64,000 nucleotides of DNA, taken from assembly GCF_006345805.1 (NCBI RefSeq), contig NC_043004.1, positions 16,554,001-16,618,000 on the forward strand, written 5' to 3'. This DNA comes from Octopus sinensis. Taxonomy: Eukaryota. Position numbers and translations under genes: made by a program. The notes under the pieces are model-generated. The model was given only the letters and a program-made list of their open reading frames with translations. It was not told the DNA's origin and made no database searches. Shown piece after piece: positions 26,618-38,819 of this stretch. Position 1 is the first letter of the stretch; each line of letters opens with the position of its first letter.

Positions 26618-28612
26618 ATGAAGACAATAGAAAAAATCGAACACTTTCCAGTTGTAAAAGAGATGGCATTTGAACCAACTCTAAGTGACATTTATTTAGC
26701 TGTGAATAAGCTGAATAAAAATAAGTCTCCAGGGTCTGATGGAATCTCTGCAGAAGTTTTGAAATATGGGGGTGACAAAATGTTTGAACTCTTAATTATA
26801 TTAATTTGTCACTGTTGGACAAATAAGAAAGGGCCTCAAGACTGGACAGATGCAATTTTAGTCTCCTTGTATAAATCGGGGCCAAAGGATCTGTATAGTA
26901 ATTTTCGTGAGATTTCTCTTTTGTCTGTGGTTGGAGAGGTACCTGCCCGCATTTTGTTAGAACGTTTAAATACCTTCTTAGCTTCAAACATAGTGTATGA
27001 GTCTCAGTGTGGTTTTATTTCCTCCAGGGCCACAACTGATTGTATCTTTATTATCAGACAAATACAAGAAAAGGGCATTGAACAGAATCTTGCTCTATAA
27101 CACTGATTCTTGAGCAAAGCATTCGATACTGTTAATCGAAATGCTCTGTGGCTAATTCTAAGGAAAATAGGTTGCCCAGAAACAATTGTAAACATGATAC
27201 AGGGTTTGCATCAAGATATGAAAGCTAGAGTTCACTTTGGTGCTAGGTTCTCTGAATCTTTTGCCGTAGAAAATGGAGTAAAGCAAGGAGACCTTGAGGC
27301 ACCCACCGTTTTTGCAATATACTTTGCAGTTTTGTTGTCACGTGCTTTTCAAATCTCTGAGGAGGGTATTTACATAAAATATCGAACAGGGAATATTTTT
27401 AATCTGAAGAGACCAAAATTCAAAACAAAGGTTTTTACTTCAATCATTAGGGAACTTTTACACGCTGACGATTGCGATCTTGTATCTGCATTTTACTCGG
27501 CTTGTGATGATTTTGGCTTGACCATCAACTTGCAGAAACAGCTGTAATGCATCAACCCGAGTGTGGTGCTGTTTGTAACCCCACTAAAAGTTTTGTTACG
27601 GGTAAGTTAATTGAGGTTGTCGATTCGTTCATCTACCTTGGATGCTCTATACAAAATGATGGAAATCTTGTCACTGAAGCAAAAGCATTTCGTGGTTTGG
27701 AATCGCGTTTGGTGCCAGCGACATATAAATAAGAATACAAAGCTGGTCTTTACAAACCATTTGTCATACCATCCCTGAAAATTCTTATGAAACATGGACT
27801 TGTTATGAAAGTCATTTAAATTATTAGAACAATTCCTCCAAAAATGCTTTCATTGCATTTTAAACATTAAATGGAGTTCTTTTACTCCCGATGTAGATAT
27901 CCTTGCATCTGCAGGCATCACCTAAATTAAAGCTATGATTCTGAGAAACCAATTGAGATGGTATGACCATATTGTTCGAATGGTGGATGAACGCATGCCG
28001 AAACAGCTGTTTCATGGTGAGCTTGCAGAGGGGCATTGATATCGTCGTAAACCTAACAAAAGGTTTAAGGAAGGCATAAGGCATAAGGAAGGCATAAGTC
28101 ATTTGGAATGGATCCAGATGACATAGAATATCTTGCTTCGGATCGTGTTGGGTGGCGAACAAAATTGTGGAGTGGAGTGAAAGTATTTGAAGAGGCCATG
28201 ATAACGCATGTCTTAAAAGAACTAAGGAATAATGTTACGATCGAGAAAGTGAATGACAATGACCTTTTTGTGTGCACAGTTTTTTACTGAGCTCAGATTT
28301 CATTTGCGGACCCATCGAAAACGAACCACCACCAACTATTCTGCCTATATGTATGTGCACACCTTTAAATGTAGCTAGCGTATGCTAGAAGGCTTGCAAA
28401 TCTAACGGAGGCCTCAAAAGACATTTTAAGATCCACTAAGATTGGAACTTATCTGCAGCTCTTGGTGGTGTGGTCCAAATCGGATGTGCAATCTATGTAG
28501 ATGTCTTTTCGGAACATTGTCTGGTCTAAAAAGCCACATCAGATGCCATGATATTGCTAAGGTGTAGGTACAGGAGGCGGCCAAACTCTGCATAAGGAGT
28601 AGACAACCACCA
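26618..28612 (+). pseudogene. RTE-clade LINE, 5'-truncated: RT domain plus three C-terminal C2H2 zinc fingers
   Basis: KSPGSDGISAEVLK, REISLLSVVG, ESQCGF, SKAFDTVNR, GVKQGD, LLHADD, FIYLG. Finger remnants HLRTH, KACKSNGGLKRHFKIH and CNLCRCLFGTLSGLKSHIRCH. Stop at 28565-28567. Multiple stops and frameshifts. Confidence 0.93.
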
Positions 28613-28686
28613 TATATATATGATAGATAAATAGATAGATAGTTAGCTAGCTAGCTAGCTAGCTAGATAGATAGATAGATAGATAT

Positions 28687-28752
<66 letters not shown>

Positions 28753-28753
28753 C

Positions 28754-28807
<54 letters not shown>

Positions 28808-28841
28808 AAGATAGATATACATACAGATATAGAGATATACA

Positions 28842-28904
<63 letters not shown>

Positions 28905-28905
28905 A
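28613..28905. repeat. (GATA)n/(TA)n microsatellite
   Basis: Directly visible. Confidence 0.95.
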
Positions 28906-29629
28906 ACAATTTTATAAACTCCATTCTGTTTTATGATAGAAATTCGTGTTCTCGAAACTATATTTAAATGAAATTGACAGCAAATAAGTTACTTAAAAGA
29001 CGACAGAAAGTATATTTATAATTAGAAGTAAAAAAACAGCCTATACATCTTCTTTATGAAAGACAATAATTTAAATTGAGTTTGTTCACGCAGCGCACAA
29101 TTGTTGTTAAAAAATCAGATTATAAATGATATGTCAACATAAATATGAAATTTGTAAGCTAAGTTCTTTGATAGTATAATAGAGATATATTTTATAATGA
29201 AACGATTTTTCTATATTCAGAAATATTAAAATGAAATAAATATATCCAATCTGAGAATATTCTATATTTTTGTGATATTCTCAGTAATGCCAACTTGTTG
29301 TTTAACATAGAAACGAAAGCATATTATTTGATGTCTAGAAAATAACAAATTTTGAAGTTTCGTGAAGCATAACTCAAATCTGAAAGAATTGTTGAAAGAA
29401 TTTGGCAATTTTTAAATATAAATAATGATTTGTAGTACATAAAATGAGGCTCACCCTGATTTTGTGACATGTTGCCGTAATTGAGTAACCAAAATCCCAT
29501 TATTAATATTATTAATATTATTATTATTATTAGTAGTAGTAGTAGTAGTAGTAGTAGTAATAGTAGTAGTAGTAGTAGTAGTAGTAGTACTACTACTACT
29601 ACTTCTACTACTACTACTACTACTACTAT

Positions 29630-30004
29630 TGCCTTTGCACAGCTTCTAAAGCTGGAGATGTACTACGGTGTCAGCTGTTCATTACCAGTGAATTAAGGTA
29701 ACAGTCCTTATTTTTCTAGCACCTTTCGGAGTTTTGAGCGGCTCTTGTCACTTATGCTGAATCTCCAGGCATTGCAATAACTATGATCTTAGATTCGTTT
29801 TTTCCTTTATCTACCACAACACTATCTTCTCTACGAGCATCGATTAGAAAGTCACATTGGATTGTAAAATCCCACAGTATCTTATGTTCATTGTTCTCGG
29901 CGACTCCTCCGGTTCATGTTCGTACCATTTCGTGCTCTGTTCAGGCCGTATTTTTCACATAGCTTCGAGTGAATTACCTTAGCCACATTATCGTGCTAAC
30001 TTGT
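29630..30004 (-). pseudogene. R4/Dong-like LINE, 3' piece (endonuclease domain plus 3' UTR)
   Basis: The - strand gives HDNVAKVIHSKLCEKYGLNRA, KWYEHEP, ENNEHKILWDFTIQCDFLIDARRE, VVVDK and LRKVLEK*. The 3' end abuts a trinucleotide tract. Confidence 0.85.
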
Positions 30005-30360
30005 ATAATTTTAATTATTAACAGCAATACATTCATTGAAGGTTTGATATTATATCGGTGTCTCATCAGCTACCACTGTGTTATTTTTATGTATAGGTCA
30101 GTGATCACACGTTAAGTGAAGCTGCGAGCTGATGATAATTTATCTGAAAAGATGATTATAATAATAACTTCACTTATATATCATGTTGTCGCAAGAACAA
30201 TATATCGAACAAAAAATGCACAACATATTTTGAACTGGACGATTAATGGAATTTGGTAGAGGATAAACCTTATTAATCTATCATATATGAATACATATAT
30301 GTACACAAATGCACATACACACACATGCATATATATGTTGTGTATATTACTATGTGTGTA

Positions 30361-30767
30361 CGTGACTGTGTGGTAAGTAGCTTGCTTACGAACCACATGG
30401 TTCCGGGTTCAGTCCTACTGCATGGCACCTTGGGCAAGTGTCTTCTACTATAGCCTCGGGCCGACCAAAGTCTTGTGAGTGGATTTGGTAGACGCAAACT
30501 GAAAGAAGCCCGTCGTATATATGTATATATATATGTATGTGTGTGTATATGTTTGTGTGTCTGTGTTTGTCCCCCCAGCATCGCTTGACAACCGATGCTG
30601 GTGTGTTTACGTCCCCGTAACTTAGCGGTTCGGCAAAACAGACCAATAGAATAAGTACTAGGCTTACAAATAATAAGTCCTGGGGTCGATTTGCTCGACT
30701 AAAGGCGGTGCTCCAGCATGGCCACAGTCAAATGACTGAAACAAATAAAAGAGTAAAGAGTAAAGAG

Positions 30768-30768
<1 letters not shown>
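30361..30768 (+). mobile_element. SINE family A (mirror copy at 37574-37933, - strand)
   Basis: Full body with the B-box-like ggttcagtcc and a (aaagagt)n tail. Confidence 0.9.
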
Positions 30769-30835
<67 letters not shown>

Positions 30836-31065
30836 ATATGCGTCTATATATAAATACATCTCCTGATCAGAGATGCACATATCATCAGCCATTAAGGGAC
30901 GTGCTCAATTGTATATGATGAAGGAACTGACAAGGGAATCTGTGAGATTGAGCAGAACATTTCTTGTGGCCAATCTTTTATATCGAGACAAAACATCTAC
31001 ATGATTAAACTTCCAAACATGATAAAAGTTCAAAACTTGTAAGATTCTTCTTCTTCTTCTTCTTC

Positions 31066-31134
<69 letters not shown>

Positions 31135-31135
<1 letters not shown>

Positions 31136-31310
31136 AGCGTAGCGGTATTTCCCCAGTTGCCAAGTTCTGAGTTCAAATTCAGCAGACGTCGACTTTGCCT
31201 TTCATCCTTTCGGGCTCGATAAAGTATGTACAAGTTGAACACCGGAATCGATGTAATCGACTCATCTCCACTTCCTCCAAGCTGGCCTTGTGGCAAAACT
31301 TTGAAATGAA
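31135..31310 (+). mobile_element. SINE family B, 5'-truncated (mirror copy at ~37040-37214)
   Basis: gttctgagttcaaattc...gtcgactttgcctttcatcctttcggg. Confidence 0.82.
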
Positions 31311-32249
31311 AATAATAATAATTATTACTATGCTAGTCTATGCTAATTTAGCTAACGGGTATTTCATTTTGTAATATGGTGACAGCTCTCCTCAAATAAC
31401 AAGAACCATCCTTCGAATTCTTCCATAGTATATATTGGTACTTTCCTGCAGATCGACAGTGAAATCGAATAAACGATCATTAAAAATAACAACAGCAAAC
31501 AAAAAGAGGACGCGCACATGGAGTGTAGTATTTTGACGCTCGGTTAAAAGATAGAGATTTTGACATTTCAGCATAGCTCTTCTTCAAACAGAAAAGTCCA
31601 ATATTTATATATATATATATATATATATATGGGTATTTGCTAAGGTGTGTATATGTATGTTTGTACGTATGAGTGTACGTCCGTATTTAGGGAAAAACGT
31701 TTCTCAAAAGAGCAATCATTGTATTTATTTGTTTCTAAGTACTGCATGAGCAACTTTGCAGTGCGATGAATAAGTTTGATGTACTTAAATGATATGATCA
31801 ATAAAAATATACGAGACTGATTATCCAGCTTCTATTTTTCAATCTTTATTTTAAAATGGTTTGGATGGTGGCAAAACTAGTGTGTAAGAGAATCAACCAA
31901 AACGACAATATTTGAAACTCATTTCACACTAATCAATTTTCGACCAAATTTTCTCTTTTTTCTTTTTCTTTCTCTTTCATCTATAGCTGATGCATTTATT
32001 ACATGGAGATGTGAATTTTATGAACATGTAAAATCTAAAAACACGCCCCTGTTAAATTCATGAATTAATTTTAATATGTGTAGTTGATGAATTTTCAGGC
32101 GTATATTACGTCTATCTTATTAGCTATAAAGTATTATATTGCCACTTTGAACTGAGTATAATTTGATTTTGAATAAATTTTAGATGACAATCTCATAAAA
32201 CTTACATGAGATATTTATGAATAATATATACGTATTATATACAATATAT

Positions 32250-32310
<61 letters not shown>

Positions 32311-32387
32311 TATTCATATATATATATATATATATATACGTAGGTATATATATAATATAATATAATATAATATTATATATATATATA

Positions 32388-33447
32388 TGATTGGTCATCC
32401 CATAAATAATGCGGTTTTTTATACTTCCTTTATTTTCCTTTTTCAATGTAAAATATACTCTCCTTCATTTTCTACAATGCTCTTCCATCTGTCTGGTAGA
32501 CTTGCAAGGCCCCGTTTTGTCCCAGTACTCCTCCAGTACTGTTCTGGCTCCGTCTACAGAATCCATATTTTTTCCATCGAAATGATTTTGAAGATTGCGG
32601 AATAAATGATAATCAGTTGGGGTAATGTCCGGCAAATGTGGTAGGTGGGACATCGTTTTTTATTCAAACTGCTCCAGCCTTTGGAATGTCATCCTCGCTG
32701 TATGTGTCTGAGTATTATTCTGACGGAAGAACACCTTTCATCTTCAAACCAAAATTGGTCATTTGCCTTCTACTCGCAGTAGATCTCCTTTGTTATCGTT
32801 TGGTTTGAGTTGAAAAGTTCAAAGTGGATAACACCTTTCATATCCCACCAAACCGATACCAACACCTTACGTGGGTGAAGACCTTCTTTAGCCTGGCGGG
32901 AGAGGCAGTTCTCCGTTCCCTACACACTGTTTTGGTGCTTCGCATTTTAATAGAGAAGCTCATTTGTCGTCACCAGTCACTATTCGTCAAAAAAAGTTTC
33001 ATTCGTGAGATGTGACAGCAAAGAAGAGCACACATTCAGAACGTTTTTGAGGAACCCATTGACCCAATATCCTGACTATTCCAATGGCACGCAGATGTCA
33101 ATGAATGGTTGAATGACCACATTCAAGATTCACTACTTGTTTCTCGATGGTTACAATGGCATTGTGTGTCACCAGGTTTTGCAGGACGTCCACGCCGAGC
33201 TCTACAGATCTTTTAGAATGAGACTTGTCTTCTAGATTGTAGTTTTCGGCTCGGAAATTCTGGAACCACCATTGACACTGGCTAACGCTTATTGTCCGAT
33301 CCCCATATACTGCATTAATATTCCCCGCACCTTCTTTTGAGGTGTTTCCTCTATTGAGCTCATAAATCAAATTATCCCGAATTTGCTCCGTTGACACATC
33401 GAATATAGCTTTGAAAATATAACTGTGAAAATCGGACTGCACTCATT
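32388..33447 (-). mobile_element. Mariner (DD34D-type) decayed transposon, duplicated copy
   Basis: EQIRDNLIYELNRG, INAVYGDRTISVSQCQWWFQNFR, IVTGDDK, PDITPTDYHLFRNLQNHFDG. The terminal repeat ggtcatcccataaataatgcgg lies next to (TA)n. Confidence 0.92.
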
Positions 33448-33605
33448 GTTCCTGAGCGCTGCATATCAATGCCTCAGTGCATCCTTTCAATACACTTTTT
33501 CTTTGCCATCTCCAAGTGTTGATCTTGTGTTTTCCTTCGATTTCTCTGAGGTATTGCCCGTAATTTTTCAGTTTTTTACTCTTTCTTCATTTTGTTCCTT
33601 AAATA
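33448..33605 (-). pseudogene. R4/Dong-like LINE, upstream piece colinear with 29630-30004
   Basis: The - strand gives YGQYLREIEGKHKINTWRWQRKSVLKGCTEALICSAQEQ, the segment that precedes the zinc knuckle in this family. It is cut at the duplication boundary. Confidence 0.82.
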
Positions 33606-34222
33606 TTTAAGGGTTTATCACATTTTCGGTAGATATCATATTGTTAATTCTAACAGCGACCAGCAAATATTCACTCTTGTTTGATTGACTTTACCGTTCG
33701 TTCTATCAGGGTCGATAAATTAAGTACCAGTTGAATACTGGGGTCGATGTAATCAACTTATCCGCCCCCAAAATATTTCAGTAAAACAAGAATTGTTTAT
33801 TTTTTTCATGTCTTATAGCTAGTACCAAGGGTCGTAGATATATTATCTCCGACTGGGTCATTACACAAACCAAAGGAAATAACAACCGTAATACTCCACG
33901 CTAATGACTTAATATCGTACATTAAACGTTTCATCGAACTTGTAATTATTAAAGTGATGAGTCCGCAATACGTGTTTATGTAAGATTTTGATGCTTCGTT
34001 ATGCCGATAGTCGAAAGAGGATTTTCTTTCACATCGAGATGTAGGAAAATTCAACTTCCTTCCAATAGTTTGCGTTGATTGTACCACGTCATATTAGCAG
34101 CTCCTACGATATTGCTGTTAATAATTAAAATTATACATGTCATTAATATCGAAGTATGCCCCCCCTCTCTCTCTCTCTCACTCCTTCTCTCTCTATATAT
34201 ATATACTTATTTATTCAAAATG

Positions 34223-34430
34223 TGACCGCGTGTGTACCGTTGGCGATTTTTTTTCCTCTGTCTTCCCTTCTCTGGATCTTTCCTTCTCCTATGTTCCTGA
34301 CGAAGAGATCCGCTCGAAACGTTAAACCCTCCTTCTTTCCTTCTTTCTGAGCGTCCAATAATACTATATTTGTTCCACGTCCTCGCGTTGTGTTTTTTTT
34401 GTGCTTTCTTGTTTGGATTAACTTTATATA
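34223..34430 (+). mobile_element. Penelope-like terminal repeat fragment with hammerhead core
   Basis: CTGACGA (34297-34303)-agag atccg ctc-GAAAC (34316-34320)-GTTA, followed by a T-rich tail. Confidence 0.55.
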
Positions 34431-34857
34431 CTTATTTATTTATGCGCCCTTTTCATTCCTAGCCAGGCTCATGGGCCTAGTTTCCCGGTTTTTATGGCGT
34501 ATGTGTTCCCCCCAGCTGGACGGGAGGCCAGTCCATCGCAGCGTTACTCAAGAAACATATGTCCATATACAAGCTTTTTATCTCTCTATACTTTTTACTT
34601 ATATTTCTTATATATTTTATATATTTTCTTTTACATATTTATAGAGATATTGTTTTATAGTTTTATTGCTCATATATTTTTTTACACATAATTTTTCACA
34701 TAATTTTTACACATAATTTTTCATAATTTATGCGGGTATGTATATATTTTTTGGCGAATGTGAGGGTGAGCACGTGTGTGTTTCAAGTGAGGGTGGATGA
34801 TTATATACATATTAGCGCATGTACGTGGGCGAGCGTGCGCGCATGTCTATGTATGTC

Positions 34858-35937
34858 TATATAAGCAGGTAGTAAATTTACATGGTGCTTACTCTTAGTG
34901 CAAATTTTAATGAGTGCAGTCCGATTTTCACAGTTATATTTTCAAAGCTATATTCGATGTGTCAACGGAGCAAATTCGGGATAATTTGATTTATGAGCTC
35001 AATAGAGGAAACACCTCAAAAGAAGGTGCGGGGAATATTAATGCAGTATATGGGGATCGGACAATAAGCGTTAGCCGAAAACTACAATCTAGAAGACAAG
35101 TCTCATTCTAAAAGATCTGTAGAGCTCGGCGTGGACGTCCTGCAAAACCTGGTGACACACAATGCCATTGTAACCATCGAGAAACAAGTAGTGAATCTTG
35201 AATGTGGTCATTCAACCATTCATTGACATCTGCGTGCCATTGGAATAGTCAGGATATTGGGTCAATGGGTTCCTCAAAAACGTTCTGAATGTGTGCTCTT
35301 CTTTGCTGTCACATCTCACGAATGAAACTTTTTTTGACGAATAGTGACTGGTGACGACAAATGAGCTTCTCTATTAAAATGCGAAGCACCAAAACAGTGT
35401 GTAGGGAACGGAGAACTGCCTCTCCCGCCAGGCTAAAGAAGGTCTTCACCCACGTAAGGTGTTGGTATCGGTTTGGTGGGATATGAAAGGTGTTATCCAC
35501 TTTGAACTTTTCAACTCAAACCAAACGATAACAAAGGAGATCTACTGCGAGTAGAAGGCAAATGACCAATTTTGGTTTGAAGATGAAAGGTGTTCTTCCG
35601 TCAGAATAATACTCAGACACATACAGCGAGGATGACATTCCAAAGGCTGGAGCAGTTTGAATAAAAAACGATGTCCCACCTACCACATTTGCCGGACATT
35701 ACCCCAACTGATTATCATTTATTCCGCAATCTTCAAAATCATTTCGATGGAAAAAATATGGATTCTGTAGACGGAGCCAGAACAGTACTGGAGGAGTACT
35801 GGGACAAAACGGGGCCTTGCAAGTCTACCAGACAGATGGAAGAGCATTGTAGAAAATGAAGGAGAGTATATTTTACATTGAAAAAGGAAAATAAAGGAAG
35901 TATAAAAAACCGCATTATTTATGGGATGACCAATCAT
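34858..35937 (+). mobile_element. Mariner decayed transposon, probable donor copy
   Basis: Same sequence as 32388-33447 except for a 32-bp deletion at ~35077. The 5' leader appears to continue ~50 bp into the spacer (judged from recalled consensus). Confidence 0.9.
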
Positions 35938-36071
35938 ATATATATATATATATAATATTATATTATATTATATTATATATATTTTATATATATATATACC
36001 TACGTATATATATATATATATATATATATGAATATCTATATATATATATATTATATATATATATATGAATA

Positions 36072-36107
<36 letters not shown>

Positions 36108-36717
36108 ATATAATACGTATATATTATTCATAAATATCTCATGTAAGTTTTATGAGATTGTCATCTAAAATTTATTCAAAATCAAATTATACTCAGTTCA
36201 AAGTGGCAATATAATACTTTATAGCTAATAAGATAGACGTAATATACGCCTGAAAATTCATCAACTACACATATTAAAATTAATTCATGAATTTAACAGG
36301 GGCGTGTTTTTAGATTTTACATGTTCATAAAATTCACATCTCCATGTAATAAATGCATCAGCTATAGATGAAAGAGAAAGAAAAAGAAAAAAGAGAAAAT
36401 TTGGTCGAAAATTGATTAGTGTGAAATGAGTTTCAAATATTGTCGTTTTGGTTGATTCTCTTACACACTAGTTTTGCCACCATCCAAACCATTTTAAAAT
36501 AAAGATTGAAAAATAGAAGCTGGATAATCAGTCTCGTATATTTTTATTGATCATATCATTTAAGTACATCAAACTTATTCATCGCACTGCAAAGTTGCTC
36601 ATGCAGTACTTAGAAACAAATAAATACAATGATTGCTCTTTTGAGAAACGTTTTTCCCTAAATACGGACGTACACTCATACGTACAAACATACATATACA
36701 CACCTTAGCAAATACCC

Positions 36718-36748
<31 letters not shown>

Positions 36749-37213
36749 TTGGACTTTTCTGTTTGAAGAAGAGCTATGCTGAAATGTCAAAATCTCTATC
36801 TTTTAACCGAGCGTCAAAATACTACACTCCATGTGCGCGTCCTCTTTTTGTTTGCTGTTGTTATTTTTAATGATCGTTTATTCGATTTCACTGTCGATCT
36901 GCAGGAAAGTACCAATATATACTATGGAAGAATTCGAAGGATGGTTCTTGTTATTTGAGGAGAGCTGTCACCATATTACAAAATGAAATACCCGTTAGCT
37001 AAATTAGCATAGACTAGCATAGTAATAATTATTATTATTTTCATTTCAAAGTTTTGCCACAAGGCAGCTTGGAGGAAGTGGAGATGAGTCGATTACATCG
37101 ATTCCGGTGTTCAACTTGTACATACTTTATCGAGCCCGAAAGGATGAAAGGCAAAGTCGACGTCTGCTGAATTTGAACTCAGAACTTGGCAACTGGGGAA
37201 ATACCGCTACGCT

Positions 37214-37299
<86 letters not shown>

Positions 37300-37540
37300 A
37301 AGAAGAAGAAGAAGAAGAAGAAGAAGAAGAATCTTACAAGTTTTGAACTTTTATCATGTTTGGAAGTTTAATCATGTAGATGTTTTGTCTCGATATAAAA
37401 GATTGGCTACAAGAAATGTTCTGCTCAATCTCACAGATTCCCTTGTCAGTTCCTTCACCATATACAATTGAGCACGTCCCTTAATGGCTGATGATATGTG
37501 CATCTCTGATCAGGAGATGTATTTATATATAGACGCATAT

Positions 37541-37575
<35 letters not shown>

Positions 37576-38269
37576 CTCTTTACTCTTTTATTTGTTTCAG
37601 TCATTTGACTGTGGCCATGCTGGAGCACCGCCTTTAGTCGAGCAAATCGACCCCAGGACTTGTTATTTGTAAGCCTAGTACTTATTCTATTGGTCTGTTT
37701 TGCCGAACCGCTAAGTTACGGGGACGTAAACACAGACACACAAACATATACACACACATACATATATATATACATATATACGACGGGCTTCTTTCAGTTT
37801 GCGTCTACCAAATCCACTCACAAGGCTTTGGTCGGCCCGAGGCTATAGTAGAAGACACTTGCCCAAGGTGCCATGCAGTAGGACTGAACCCGGAACCATG
37901 TGGTTCGTAAGCAAGCTACTTACCACACAGTCACGTACACACATAGTAATATACACAACATATATATGCATGTGTGTGTATGTGCATTTGTGTACATATA
38001 TGTATTCATATATTATAGATTAATAAGGTTTATCCTCTACCAAATTCCATTAATCGTCCAGTTCAAAATATGTTGTGCATATTTTGTTCGATATATTGTT
38101 CTTGCGACAACATGATATATAAGTGAAGTTATTATTATAATCATCTTTTCAGATAAATTATCATCAGCTCGCAGCTTCACTTAACGTGTGATCACTGACC
38201 TATACATAAAAATAACACAGTGGTAGCTGATGAGACACCGATATAATATCAAACCTTCAATGAATGTAT
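34909..38269. repeat. Right arm of the inverted duplication
   Basis: Runs aatgagtgcagtccg... to ...aaccttcaatgaatgtat, mirroring 33447 back to 30027. Confidence 0.97.
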
Positions 38270-38819
38270 CAGGAAAACATATATTAAGGCTGAATTAGTG
38301 TCCTACATCCAATTATGTAAAATGTGATTTGCAACGGAATAAATTACTCTAACATTAATTATTTTATTGCAGCACTGGAAGTATAAATTTGACCGAACAC
38401 TCTGGAATTAATTCAGTTGGTTGATATACCTACGTGATTATTCTACCATTCAAAGAAATGAAATTTTGTTACGAGCTAAACATTCTTTAAACATTAAAGA
38501 AGAATCAATGCCTTATGTTGTCTTTTCTTCAATCATCACTTTCTATTTCACAGAATTTATATTGTAGCAATCGTATTAGGATTTAATATGTTTATACCTT
38601 TTGATCTTGTTGCTAGCTTATCTTAGGTAAAATCATTTATATAAAAGTCATATATAAAACTGTTTCTTTATTCACTCATCTAAGAATATTTTGTTTTGCA
38701 AGTAGTCTTAAAAGTAGTTTAGCTCTGTTTTATAAATGCATACAGATAAATGGCCCAAATATGTGTACGCATGTAAATATATGTGTATGTATGTGCGTGC
38801 GTGTGGTGTGGGTGTGTGG

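Larger units (their letters stand above)
30027..33447. repeat. Left arm of a 3.4-kb inverted duplication
   Basis: Reverse complement of 34909-38269. Identical ORF-track peptides occur on opposite strands (31392-31574 vs 36776-36958; 32465-32653 vs 35671-35859). Confidence 0.97.

Noticed and set aside
26528-27100. 190-aa ORF as a functional gene
   Set aside because: It is a chimera of antisense Dong sequence and an RTE RT fragment, followed by stops and frameshifts.
30027-38269. Foldback/Polinton-type transposon with giant TIRs, or a pure assembly artefact
   Set aside because: There is no TSD, no internal gene and the arms are ordinary mixed DNA. The split LINE, templated patch and arm differences favour a real rearrangement, although reads are needed to exclude an artefact.
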